This document shows positions 17,067 through 26,858 of a stretch of DNA of 36,915 nt, piece after piece (within the stretch, counting starts at the first letter, position 1; the number at the start of each line of letters is the position of its first letter). The translations under genes and the position numbers were made by a program. The notes beneath the pieces are model-generated. The model was not told the origin of the DNA. It saw only the letters and a program-made list of their open reading frames with translations, and searched no databases. Source of the stretch: Candidatus Heimdallarchaeota archaeon (lineage in GTDB: Archaea; Asgardarchaeota; Heimdallarchaeia; Heimdallarchaeales; Kariarchaeaceae); NCBI GenBank assembly GCA_015523565.1, contig WAKA01000060.1, forward strand, positions 1-36,915, in the 5' to 3' direction.

Positions 17067-18494
17067 TTACTGATTCACTTTTTTCCATCTGTTTCTCTCT
17101 ATGGTCAACCAAATATTTCCTCCTTGTTTTACAAATTGGGCAGGTTCTTTTCCTCCCATTTCTGTAGGCAAGTAATAGTTCAAAGTGAATGGGTCTCCAT
17201 TCAATGGAAGTAGTTGACCCTGTACTCTTCCCTTTAAATCCTTGATAATAAGTGAACCTGATTGGGAATCTATCCTGATTTTATTCAGTCCTTTATAGGT
17301 ATGGTATTCACCTGTCAATTCCTTATGAAGATTTCTAAGTTTAAGCAGTGGCCATTCTTTTTCAGGGTCTATCCCCAATGATTGTATCATTATCGCTTGA
17401 CTGAATATCCTTGGACTTGGATGGTGATTGCTTAGCATTATTGCCCCACGCTTAAGCTCAGAAATGAAGCAAAACCATGCGCTCGCTCCAATAAAACTTC
17501 CAGAATGCTGAACAAGCTTGTATCCATAAAAGTCTTCATCAATTGCAAACCCATATCCATAGCCAGATATTGTTTGACCGTATGCCGCTGCAAATGACGC
17601 GCTTGGATACTCTTCCCTGAATTGCATTGATTGCATTGATTCCACACTTTCTTTAGTCAATATTTGTTTTCCATCAAAATCCCCTTGATTCAAATGCATC
17701 TGCAAGTATTTGGAAAGATCGACGACCGTCGAAAACAATCCTCCTGCCGCTTCATCTAAGGATCTTGTAAGCTTATGCTCTTCATACGGCACATGGATAA
17801 ATTCATTTGTTTTACTATTTGGCTTGTCCATATACCCTTTTGCCAACAATTCTGTATTCTTGATCTCATTGAAAAATCCAGTCATTTTCATTTTCATGGG
17901 CTCAAATAATTTCTTGCGAAGGAATTTTTTGTATGATTCTTGTGCTACCTCACTGATTATTTTGGAAAGTAATCCATAAGCGAAATTATTGTAATGGAAT
18001 TTTTTGCCAGGTGGAACAAGATATTCTTGAGCACCATTTAAAAATCGAAATCCATCCTCCCATGATGAAAAAGGGATGCGAGGCACTGGTTGGGCATCCA
18101 TGAAATGTTCTCTATTTCTGATCCACATGGCATCCGCAAGATTTGGTATGCCCGACGTATGATTCATCAAATGGTGTATACGAATTGGGTTATCAGGAAA
18201 ACCGATTTTGACGGGCAGATATTCTGCAATTGGATCCATGACATTAAGCTTGTCTTCTTCTTGGAGTTTTAGTATCCCTGCACAGACAAAGGATTTTGTA
18301 ACGGATGCAACATTGAAAATGGTGTCTGGTGTAACTGGTTTGTTCAATTCAAAGTCGCGTGCACCATAACACCGTGTCATTTCCAGTTTCCCGTCATTCA
18401 CAACTGCAACTGCCGTTCCTGCCGTATTCGTTCTTTCCATTTCCTCAATGATAAGCCTGTCCAATTTTTGCTCAAAAATGCTTTTGAAATCCAT
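17067..18494 (-). CDS. Beta-lactamase/AmpC-family serine hydrolase (Pab87-like peptidase)
   Basis: SxxK (ASVTK), HLMNHTSG, YxN (YNN), AAGGLFST, HSG triad. Confidence 0.92.
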   Translation of the reverse strand: MDFKSIFEQKLDRLIIEEMERTNTAGTAVAVVNDGKLEMTRCYGARDFELNKPVTPDTIFNVASVTKSFVCAGILKLQEEDKLNVMDPIAEYLPVKIGFPDNPIRIHHLMNHTSGIPNLADAMWIRNREHFMDAQPVPRIPFSSWEDGFRFLNGAQEYLVPPGKKFHYNNFAYGLLSKIISEVAQESYKKFLRKKLFEPMKMKMTGFFNEIKNTELLAKGYMDKPNSKTNEFIHVPYEEHKLTRSLDEAAGGLFSTVVDLSKYLQMHLNQGDFDGKQILTKESVESMQSMQFREEYPSASFAAAYGQTISGYGYGFAIDEDFYGYKLVQHSGSFIGASAWFCFISELKRGAIMLSNHHPSPRIFSQAIMIQSLGIDPEKEWPLLKLRNLHKELTGEYHTYKGLNKIRIDSQSGSLIIKDLKGRVQGQLLPLNGDPFTLNYYLPTEMGGKEPAQFVKQGGNIWLTIERNRWKKVNQ

Positions 18495-18741
18495 AATGAA
18501 AATACACGACAAGATATTTCTACATTTTGCATTCTGGGAGGAGTCATGGTATAATCAAAAGACAATCTTGCTTTTTCCCATTTCTTTTTGACAATTCACT
18601 TTCCATGCTTATCTATTCACATGTTTTCTTGCTGTTATTTTTCAGCATGGTTCACAATTCTTCCTCAAACATTTCCGTTTAATACGCAAATTGGAAATCT
18701 CCCCTACCAACCTTAAAAAAGTCAATTGTCATTTAACATTC

Positions 18742-19203
18742 ATGATTTTTCCAGAAAAGCAAAATGAATTATTGCTTTGTATAGGGGAAACAATTCTGGG
18801 AATTCCTGCAGAAAACCTGGGTGACGATTTTATCCAAGAAATAAATAGGTATGTTGGACTGTTAGATGATTACCTAATAAAGGATCTAAAAAATTTGGTT
18901 ACAATGTTTGGGTCAAGAGCCATGGTTTTTATGCGCCTTTTCAAATTCAAAAAATTTGTCGGGCTTTCTCCAACAGACAGGTTGCGTTATGTCAAATCAT
19001 GGGGAACAAGTCGCATTCCATTATTGCGTACTGGATATACCGCATTGAGGTCATTATGTGGTTGGGCATATTATTCAAATGATGATCATGGTGAAGAGCT
19101 TGGTCACCTTGGCAAAACAATTGGCAGGGAAAAAGAAACACCCACTCTGCTTTCACCACAGTTCTATCCAAATTCCCCATTGGCAAGAGGTGACATGAAA
19201 TGA
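18742..19203 (+). CDS. Small partner subunit of the GMC oxidoreductase (gluconate-2-DH subunit 3-like / N-terminal domain of long-chain alcohol oxidases)
   Basis: 'FVGLSPTDRLRYVKSWGTSRIPLLRTGYTALRSLCGWAYYS'; ATGA overlap with the GMC gene. Confidence 0.7.
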   Translation: MIFPEKQNELLLCIGETILGIPAENLGDDFIQEINRYVGLLDDYLIKDLKNLVTMFGSRAMVFMRLFKFKKFVGLSPTDRLRYVKSWGTSRIPLLRTGYTALRSLCGWAYYSNDDHGEELGHLGKTIGREKETPTLLSPQFYPNSPLARGDMK

Positions 19204-20723
19204 TAATCACTCCAGAAACATGGGACAAAAACAAAGAAATAACCACAGATATTGCAATCATTGGTTCTGGATGCGGGGGTGCAATGACTGCCGCAAGACT
19301 TTCTGAACAAGGCTATTCTGTGATCATAATTGAAGAAGGTGAATATGTATCAAAGGATGATTTTGATCAGAATGCCAGAAATCTTGTGCCTCGGCTGTAT
19401 CGACAAAACGCCTCCTTGGGTACGGATGACCAATCAATTCGAATACTTCAAGGCAAGGCATTCGGGGGGTCCACCACAGTTAATTGGATGACTTCGCTTC
19501 GCACGCCTGATTGGGTACTCGAAGAATGGGCTGAACGCTTTGGACTCAATGAATACTTGCCTGAACACCTCGGCAAACATTTTGAAATGATTGAAAAAAG
19601 GCTTAATGTCCATCAGGTTCCTGACTATGCCATAAGTCCTTACAACCGTATCATCCTTGATGGTGCAAAAATGCTGGATTTGCACCAAAAAGTGCTTCCG
19701 AACAATTCAAAAGACTGCATTGGCTGTGGCAGTTGCGGATTGGGATGTCCCTATGATGCAAAACAGGATATGCGGCTTACTTATCTTAAAGATGCCTTGG
19801 AAAATGGCGCAACTGCCTATACATCGACTCATGCCTACCAAATCTCTCCCGAATCCCGTGACAGGCATATTGTAAAGGCAACAATGCAAAACCAGACAAT
19901 CAGATTTCAAGCTAAGAGGGTTGTCGTTAGTGGCAGTGCAATCATGTCCCCCCTTCTTCTGCAATCATCAGGACTCACCAAGGGTGGTCAAGTTGGGAAA
20001 AATCTTTCCCTTCATCCTGTAACTGCTGCAATTGGACAATATGATTCTGAGATGCATCCGACATATGGCATCCCTCAAAGTGCAACCGCTGAATATTTTG
20101 ATGATACAGGCTATGGCTATTGGCTTGAGGCTCCAGACCTTGAATTGTTTCTTGCAGGTGTCAATTTCCCCATAATTGGACCGCAAAGGCATGAAGAACT
20201 TAAAAAATTGTCAAAAAGTGCAGTGATCATTGTCTTGGTTCGGGATGGGGCGGATGGGAAAACAGACGGGGAAGTGCGCTGGAGACGCGGGTACAATAAG
20301 CAAAATGGTCGAATCACTCTTAAAAAAGTCCCTTCAATTCGTTATCGTGTCTCTCCAACGGATCGAAAACACTTAATGATGGGGTTGGAGACAGCAATAA
20401 AAATCATGTTCAGTACAGGTGCCAAACGTGTGTTTCCTTTCTTGAATCCATCTCCTGAGCTTACTGACATTTCTCAAGCCCCTGAAGTTCATAAGCATCC
20501 TTTTCAACCAAATCGCATTTCCTTATTTAGTGCACATCCGCAGGGCACTTGCAGGATGTCAAAAGGGAAGGGCGTTGTTGATGAGACTGGACAAATGAAA
20601 CATTATCCTGGTGTCTATGTGCTTGATGGAAGTATTCTTCCCACTGCTGTTGGTGTCAATCCCATGATTTCCATCTTGGCATCTGTGTCTCGTGCAATTG
20701 AACTTGGAAACCTTAATCTATGA
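19200..20723 (+). CDS. GMC-family FAD oxidoreductase (long-chain alcohol oxidase-like)
   Basis: IIGSGCGG FAD motif, GGSTTVN, CIGCGSCGLGCP, SAHPQGTCRM, VLDGSILPTAVGVNPM. Confidence 0.92.
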   Translation: MIITPETWDKNKEITTDIAIIGSGCGGAMTAARLSEQGYSVIIIEEGEYVSKDDFDQNARNLVPRLYRQNASLGTDDQSIRILQGKAFGGSTTVNWMTSLRTPDWVLEEWAERFGLNEYLPEHLGKHFEMIEKRLNVHQVPDYAISPYNRIILDGAKMLDLHQKVLPNNSKDCIGCGSCGLGCPYDAKQDMRLTYLKDALENGATAYTSTHAYQISPESRDRHIVKATMQNQTIRFQAKRVVVSGSAIMSPLLLQSSGLTKGGQVGKNLSLHPVTAAIGQYDSEMHPTYGIPQSATAEYFDDTGYGYWLEAPDLELFLAGVNFPIIGPQRHEELKKLSKSAVIIVLVRDGADGKTDGEVRWRRGYNKQNGRITLKKVPSIRYRVSPTDRKHLMMGLETAIKIMFSTGAKRVFPFLNPSPELTDISQAPEVHKHPFQPNRISLFSAHPQGTCRMSKGKGVVDETGQMKHYPGVYVLDGSILPTAVGVNPMISILASVSRAIELGNLNL

Positions 20724-20778
20724 CCCTCTTTTTCTCCTGTTTATGAATTTTAAAAATTCGTTGTAATTTTGCATGAGG

Positions 20779-23571
20779 TTATGGATTTTCTTCTTCTATC
20801 TCAAAATCCCTTATGACCTGCCCTCTTCTAATGATCTTAAGTGGTGCCGCAGTTATTTCCCCTTCAACATGATTGAATTGTGTAAATGCCACGGCTATTT
20901 TGTCTCCTAATTCCACGATTATTTCTATTGGTTCCTCTTTGTCGTCTGAAGATGTCTTCAAGAGTTCCTTGTAATTGTCTGGTGTGATTTCCGTATTCAT
21001 GTCAAATTTCGACCTCGATCCTACAAAGCACATGCTTTCAAAATCATCGACAAATGTTGGTCGATCTGTAAACCTGCGAAGCGGGATTCTTGCCTCGATA
21101 CCATTCGGCAGCAGGACATTGACACCTCCTGAAAAGATTGACGATACTATGCCTAATCTGTTTTGTAAACTCTCATTCTTGGCAATGAATGAATATCCTG
21201 CAGAAACAATTTTTTGCTCGATCTTAGATGCCAAAACCGATTGTTCGGTTGAATGTTCCGCAAGATTCTCAATTTCTTCAGCACTGTAGACAAATTCTGG
21301 TTCTTCTGTCTCGTCCTTCCAATTGCCGTCATTTCTTCCTTCCCTGATTAATTGTTTGCAAATCCTGTGGGCTATGATATCGGGATATCTTCGTATGGGC
21401 GATGTGAAATGGACATAACGGATGCTTCCCAATCCAAAATGCCCTATATTTGCGGCAGAATAGAACGCCTGAGGAAAAACACGTAATACCAATAAATATG
21501 AAAGTCTTTGCAAATCTTCCTCGCTTATTTCCCCAATCTTGTCCAATACTTCCATAAATGGTCTGAGAATTGCCTCTTGTTTATCCTTGGTGAGTTGTGC
21601 CAATCCCTTTGCCAAGGGTGTGCCTAAATCGACTTCTTCATCCTCTTCTTCCTCTTCAAGAGATCCCTTTAATACATCTCCCAAAGACGCTCCCCCTCCG
21701 AATGAAAAGGTAATTGGTCCCTTCCCTTTTTGCTGTTTCAGTTTCTCGAAAAAGTTTTCCTCTTCCTCCTCCTCCTCTTCTTCTTCCTCCTCTTCAAACA
21801 GGTTCTCTGGGAAGCCAATTTCCAAGGGCAACCCCACAACCTTCATTTGTCCATTGAATTTCACCGTGCTTTCTTTTTCTGGCAATGGATGATCCCTGTA
21901 AATGGCAGGAACTTTTGCCCTATGGAATATCTCACCAATGGCTTCATTTGCGGATACCATGAATGTTTCAATCATTCTGGTGGATGGTGAAGATTCCTTG
22001 ATGGCAATTGTCATTTTTTTTCCAAGTTGAAGCTTGACTTCTGGAGTTTCCAAATGCAGACTCCTACGGTGTTCATCAATAAGCTTTGCTAATTTGTAAT
22101 ATGTTGTGAATGGCTCTTCCTCCTTTTCAATTGCTTCATTCACATAGTCATAAGACAAGTTTCTGTTTACAAGGATAACGGTATTGTGTACTTTCTCACT
22201 TCCTTCTATTTTTCTCCCTTTCTTGTCAAAGTGGATTTCAACAGACATGGCCAATCTTGGTACCTGTTCCCGAAGGGAGCAGAGGTCATCGGAAAGCCTT
22301 GAAGGAAGCATCGGCAGGACTGCTGTCGGTAGGTACACACTTGTTGCTCTTTTACGTGCATGCATATCCAATCTTGAATGTTTTTCTACATAATGGGCTA
22401 CATCTGCAATGTGAACCCACAAGATAAATTCATTCTCCTTTTCAATGACTGTCACGGCATCATCAAAATCCTTTGCAGTTGGTGGGTCTATGGTGTATGC
22501 TTCCAGATCCTGTAAATCAAGCCTGCCCTTAAAAACCTCAGGGGTTTCTTTTGGTTCCTTAAATCGTTGGGCGTATTCCTCAATGTCTTCTGGGGTTTCC
22601 CACTCAAAATCTGCGGCAAGATTTATCGCTCGCCTTGAAATCTTAAGCAATGCCGTATTTTCACCCCAAAAACCAGTGCGTATCAAAAACTTGACAAAAG
22701 AATCCGCAATGGTTGTTCTTCCTTCATCAATCCAATCTTCCGCCAAATACGTTATGAACTTGTAAAGGGAAAAATCCTCAATCTCAGTCACAAGTGTTTC
22801 TCCCAATCCCATTTGTGGCCATGTGTCATATTCAACAAAATGATCCATCATTTCCTGTAGTTTTCTCAACAGCACTTTTTCCTCGTCAGTAAATGGGATT
22901 TCATCCCATGGCAACGGTTTACGCACTGTTCTTGTATCTCCGTCTTCAGTCTCTTCTTCGACATAATGAAACATTTTTGCCCTAATCCTGCCTAGATCCC
23001 CTATTTCCCTGTTAATTGACTTTTTCTCCTCTAGAGTCAAAATTTTCCAAAGCTGTTTTCGGCTGTCAAGAAGAACAAAATGTCCTCTCTGTGGAGAAGA
23101 TACCTGATTCAGGACTTCTTTGATTTTTCTGAGTTGGTTTTTTGACAATTCCTCTTTTTTATACCAAATTTTAGCAATTTCCTCTAGTGTAAATTGTTCC
23201 TTGCCCTTTTTGACCAATAATTGCCATAGATTCTTTTCCGTAAGCTGACCTGCTGTTGATGAACCGCTTTCTCCTCTTTCTTTTGCGATCTCGTTGATCC
23301 ACTGTTTCAATCTTTGCCGCATCTCTTTTTCAGGCGGTAATTGTCCATTCTTGAGTTGAACCGATCGTCCAAATGTCGACTTGTATACATTCCCCTGTTT
23401 CAGTTCCTGCATTCCTCTTAGGGTAAATAATGTAACAATAACCCCTTTCTTGCGTTTACTGCTCTTGACAAAAATGCCAAAATTGTTTGGTGGTTGAATA
23501 CCAAATAATCCCGGTTTAAATTCAACTAATTCTCCTTTTGCCGGCAATTTTTCCTCAATCACAAAATGCAT
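20779..23571 (-). CDS. RNase II/R (RNB-domain) 3'-5' exoribonuclease with acidic insertion
   Basis: TIDPPTAKDFDDA, VHIADV, RATSVYLP…MLP, HFGLG..Y.HFTSPIRRYPD; C-terminal S1-like domain. Confidence 0.93.
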   Translation of the reverse strand: MHFVIEEKLPAKGELVEFKPGLFGIQPPNNFGIFVKSSKRKKGVIVTLFTLRGMQELKQGNVYKSTFGRSVQLKNGQLPPEKEMRQRLKQWINEIAKERGESGSSTAGQLTEKNLWQLLVKKGKEQFTLEEIAKIWYKKEELSKNQLRKIKEVLNQVSSPQRGHFVLLDSRKQLWKILTLEEKKSINREIGDLGRIRAKMFHYVEEETEDGDTRTVRKPLPWDEIPFTDEEKVLLRKLQEMMDHFVEYDTWPQMGLGETLVTEIEDFSLYKFITYLAEDWIDEGRTTIADSFVKFLIRTGFWGENTALLKISRRAINLAADFEWETPEDIEEYAQRFKEPKETPEVFKGRLDLQDLEAYTIDPPTAKDFDDAVTVIEKENEFILWVHIADVAHYVEKHSRLDMHARKRATSVYLPTAVLPMLPSRLSDDLCSLREQVPRLAMSVEIHFDKKGRKIEGSEKVHNTVILVNRNLSYDYVNEAIEKEEEPFTTYYKLAKLIDEHRRSLHLETPEVKLQLGKKMTIAIKESSPSTRMIETFMVSANEAIGEIFHRAKVPAIYRDHPLPEKESTVKFNGQMKVVGLPLEIGFPENLFEEEEEEEEEEEEENFFEKLKQQKGKGPITFSFGGGASLGDVLKGSLEEEEEDEEVDLGTPLAKGLAQLTKDKQEAILRPFMEVLDKIGEISEEDLQRLSYLLVLRVFPQAFYSAANIGHFGLGSIRYVHFTSPIRRYPDIIAHRICKQLIREGRNDGNWKDETEEPEFVYSAEEIENLAEHSTEQSVLASKIEQKIVSAGYSFIAKNESLQNRLGIVSSIFSGGVNVLLPNGIEARIPLRRFTDRPTFVDDFESMCFVGSRSKFDMNTEITPDNYKELLKTSSDDKEEPIEIIVELGDKIAVAFTQFNHVEGEITAAPLKIIRRGQVIRDFEIEEENP

Positions 23572-23657
23572 TCTGTGCTTATAACTTCTCTGTCAATGCA
23601 ACTGTTTTGGTTCCTTTCTGAAGAATGAAATAGAGTGATTGTATTGGTAGTATAGTT

Positions 23658-24515
23658 ATGGAAGTCTTCATTCCCAAATCATTTGTGGCATTGCTTCTTA
23701 TTTCTTCACTTCTTGTTGCAATGACTATTGGTGTCACAATCGAAAGGAATGAAGTCCTGTTGCTGGCAACCACCACATCAGTCGATAACTCTGGATTGCT
23801 GAACATGCTGATCTCTGAATATTTGAAGACCACCCCCCATCTGAAGATCTATGTGGTCGCAAAAGGCACAGGGGCCGCACTTCAATTGGCAAAGGACGGG
23901 GACGCCGATGCTGTTTTGGTTCATGCCAAAGAAAAGGAACTTGAATTCGTCAAAGAGGGCTATGGTATAAACCGAACCACTCTTTGGTACAATTATTTCA
24001 TACTAGTTGGTCCCTCTTCGGATCCTGCCCAAATCAAAACTTCCCAAGACATCATTGATGCGTTTAAACGTCTCTATAATTCTGGAAATGAGACAATCAG
24101 ATTTCTATCAAGAGGTGATGAATCTGGTACCCATATCAGGGAACAAATGCTTTGGAATCTTTCTTCATTGACCCCTTATAACAAGGCATGGTATCTTGAA
24201 ACAGGCACTGGGATGGCCCGTACCCTTATAACAGCAAATCAACTGAATGCATATACTTTAACTGATATTGGCACCTATCTGCAATTAAAACAAAATGCAG
24301 GGATCAAACTTGTTCCTGTCTTTGACAAGGAAATTCCTGAACTTTATAATCCCTATTCCTACATTGTTGTCAATCCCAAGATCCATCCTGATCGGAACAC
24401 GGCCCGTGCAATCGATTTTCTTCTTTTTCTGAAAAATTCATTGGATCTTGTCGGAAATTATACGATCGATGGATCTGTCCTGTTTCATCCCTTAAAGGAG
24501 GGTCGGTCATGGTAG
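23658..24515 (+). CDS. tupA: Tungstate ABC transporter substrate-binding protein
   Basis: LATTTSVDNSGLL, GTGAAL, VHA, SRGDESGTH motifs. Confidence 0.92.
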   Translation: MEVFIPKSFVALLLISSLLVAMTIGVTIERNEVLLLATTTSVDNSGLLNMLISEYLKTTPHLKIYVVAKGTGAALQLAKDGDADAVLVHAKEKELEFVKEGYGINRTTLWYNYFILVGPSSDPAQIKTSQDIIDAFKRLYNSGNETIRFLSRGDESGTHIREQMLWNLSSLTPYNKAWYLETGTGMARTLITANQLNAYTLTDIGTYLQLKQNAGIKLVPVFDKEIPELYNPYSYIVVNPKIHPDRNTARAIDFLLFLKNSLDLVGNYTIDGSVLFHPLKEGRSW

Positions 24516-25204
24516 TGTCTGATTTTTTGGATGGTTTAATAAAAATCCTCTCAGGTGACCCTGAAGTTTGGGAAATCGCATTTTTGAGCATAATTGTGTC
24601 TTGCACAGCTGTGGCTTTGGCATCACTTGTTGGTATACCACTTGGCATCTGGCTTGGTAGTTCCAAACGGTTTGGCGGTTTGTTTCCAACAACAATTCTC
24701 AATACTCTTATGGGCTTACCTCCTGTGGTGGTGGGGCTTGTGGTGTTCCTATTTTTAGCCTCAGAGGGTCCCTTGGGCAGTCTCCAACTTGTTTTTACCC
24801 CTCTTGCAATGGTTGTCGCCCAATTTGTCCTTACCTTGCCGATTGTTACCGGATTGACCAAATCTGCAATAGAAGATTTACCAGAAGAACTTCCCTTGCT
24901 TTTGCAGTCTCTTGGTGCAAGCCCTGTTCAACTAAAAAGTGAAGTGTGGAAGGAAGCTCGCCCTGGCATTGTCATTGGTGTTATCACTGCACTCGGTCGG
25001 GCTTTTTCTGAAGTGGGTGCCATCCTTATTGTTGGTGGTAATCTTAAAGGATATACCCGTGTCTTAACCACTGCAATTGTAACTGAGACAAGCAAGGGGA
25101 ATTATGGACTCTCACTCGCCTTGGGCACCCTTCTTTTTCTTATAAGCCTTAGTTTGACTGGTATGGTAACTTTCCTCCGTTACAAAATAAACGGATGGAC
25201 ATAA
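24509..25204 (+). CDS. tupB: Tungstate ABC transporter permease
   Basis: NTLMGLPPVVVGL, GRAFSEVGA..IVGGN..GYTRVLTTAIV.ET.KG. Confidence 0.92.
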   Translation: MVVSDFLDGLIKILSGDPEVWEIAFLSIIVSCTAVALASLVGIPLGIWLGSSKRFGGLFPTTILNTLMGLPPVVVGLVVFLFLASEGPLGSLQLVFTPLAMVVAQFVLTLPIVTGLTKSAIEDLPEELPLLLQSLGASPVQLKSEVWKEARPGIVIGVITALGRAFSEVGAILIVGGNLKGYTRVLTTAIVTETSKGNYGLSLALGTLLFLISLSLTGMVTFLRYKINGWT

Positions 25205-25244
25205 TACTTAATAAGCCCATAATTACTTGATTATTTGAAAAAGA

Positions 25245-25472
25245 ATGGTAAAGGCTTATGTTTTCATAAAATGCAAAGCTAATAACCTCCCTGATGTAAA
25301 GGAACGACTGGAAAAAATCCCACAGGTCATTGAATGTGTCAGGTTGGTAAATGACTATGATTTTGTTGTTACTGTTGAAACTACAAATAGTAAATTCCTT
25401 CGTCCAATTGTGACATCCCAGATACGAACTATCCCTGAGGTCATAGAGACTATGACAATCATTTGTGTATGA
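25245..25472 (+). CDS. Stand-alone Lrp/AsnC ligand-binding (RAM) domain protein
   Basis: MVKAYVFI…V…YDFVV.VE…IRTIPEVIETMT pattern; 75 aa, no HTH. Confidence 0.85.
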   Translation: MVKAYVFIKCKANNLPDVKERLEKIPQVIECVRLVNDYDFVVTVETTNSKFLRPIVTSQIRTIPEVIETMTIICV

Positions 25473-25536
25473 CTTATTATGCTCTGGAAGGTTGATAAAA
25501 CATTATTAACAACGTTCTCTAATATTGATTTGAATA

Positions 25537-26289
25537 ATGCTTGAGTCGATTGCGGTAAAACATCTAAATTTGGAAATAAATGGGACTTTACTCCTATCCA
25601 ACATTTCTTTCACTATCAAGTCTGGTGACGTGCTAGTCACCTACGGTCCAAATGGTTCGGGGAAAAGCCTCCTCAACAAGACCCTTGGCTTTTTGATTTC
25701 CCCACAATCTGGTAGCATTTTCTGGGATGGTCAAGAGGTCTTTTCCGACGGGCAACTGTTGAAAGCAGAAGAGAAATTGAGAAGAAACATAGGTTTTGTT
25801 TGGCAACATCCTGTTTTCCTTACTGGAAATGTCAAGAAAAATATTGAAATGCCATTAATCCTCCAAGGTCTTCCAAAAAATGTTCGCGAGAAAAAAATTA
25901 AGGAACTCGCCATTGAATACCAAATTGACGACCTGCTCATGAGTAATCCACAAAAACTTTCTGGAGGGGAAAAACAACGTGTCTCATTTCTAAGGGCCAT
26001 TGTCCATGATCCGGATTTCCTCATTTTTGATGAACCGACTGCATCATTGGATCCTTCCTCAATTGTATGGTTTGAGGAAAAAATCCATGAACTCAAAAAA
26101 AATGGCAAGCTGATTGTTGTCACCACACATGATTTAGATCAAGCTAAACGTGTGGGAACAAAGCTGGCAGTTTTGATTTCTGGAAAAATCATGGAATACG
26201 GCAAGTTGGATCATGTTCTTCATCATCCTGAAAATGATCTTGTCAAATCTTATCTTCGCGGTGACCTCAAGGCTTTGATTTCACAATAA
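25537..26289 (+). CDS. tupC: ABC ATP-binding protein, probable TupC
   Basis: GPNGSGKS, LSGGEKQR, FDEPTASLDP, TTHD; located next to tupAB. Confidence 0.8.
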   Translation: MLESIAVKHLNLEINGTLLLSNISFTIKSGDVLVTYGPNGSGKSLLNKTLGFLISPQSGSIFWDGQEVFSDGQLLKAEEKLRRNIGFVWQHPVFLTGNVKKNIEMPLILQGLPKNVREKKIKELAIEYQIDDLLMSNPQKLSGGEKQRVSFLRAIVHDPDFLIFDEPTASLDPSSIVWFEEKIHELKKNGKLIVVTTHDLDQAKRVGTKLAVLISGKIMEYGKLDHVLHHPENDLVKSYLRGDLKALISQ

Positions 26290-26324
26290 AATTTCTTTTT
26301 CCAAATGTTGTTAAAAAGTCTTAT

Positions 26325-26792
26325 ATGCCTGAAATTTATTTTACAACTGTGGTTCACAAGGTTCCACTGGCGTACAATAACAAGGAAAAATTCCGTTTTG
26401 GAGTTGGTTATGAGGAAGTTCCAATTGACAAGATTGAATTAACCATGGCCTTCTTTGCTTGGTATATTTCTGCTTATGTAATTTTAGGTTTTCCTGAAAC
26501 TTATGAAAGGCATGGTCCGATTGTTTATGCTGTGGCTATTCTTTTTGTGGTTATTCAATGGCGTTATTTTTTCTCCCTCTTTGCTTACTTGACAATTTAT
26601 ACTTATGTTTGGCCTTATATTGGGATATTTTATTATGCAATACCCCTTTTTGTCCTTCCTTCTTTGGCAAATTTAGAAAATTACATGATCAAGGTGATGA
26701 AGGCACTTCAATCCCCATATGACCTATATCCCTATGAATCATTGCTTGATGAACCTTTAAGTGAAGTAACTCCTTTTATTCAGGAAGATTGA
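26325..26792 (+). CDS. Hypothetical membrane protein
   Basis: 155 aa with an aromatic-rich hydrophobic core; no family recognised. Confidence 0.65.
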   Translation: MPEIYFTTVVHKVPLAYNNKEKFRFGVGYEEVPIDKIELTMAFFAWYISAYVILGFPETYERHGPIVYAVAILFVVIQWRYFFSLFAYLTIYTYVWPYIGIFYYAIPLFVLPSLANLENYMIKVMKALQSPYDLYPYESLLDEPLSEVTPFIQED

Positions 26793-26858
26793 ACTTCCCA
26801 CTTGTTAGCACTTATAAGCGCATCATTTCAACTAGGGTTATTGAAATGAGGAATTTAC

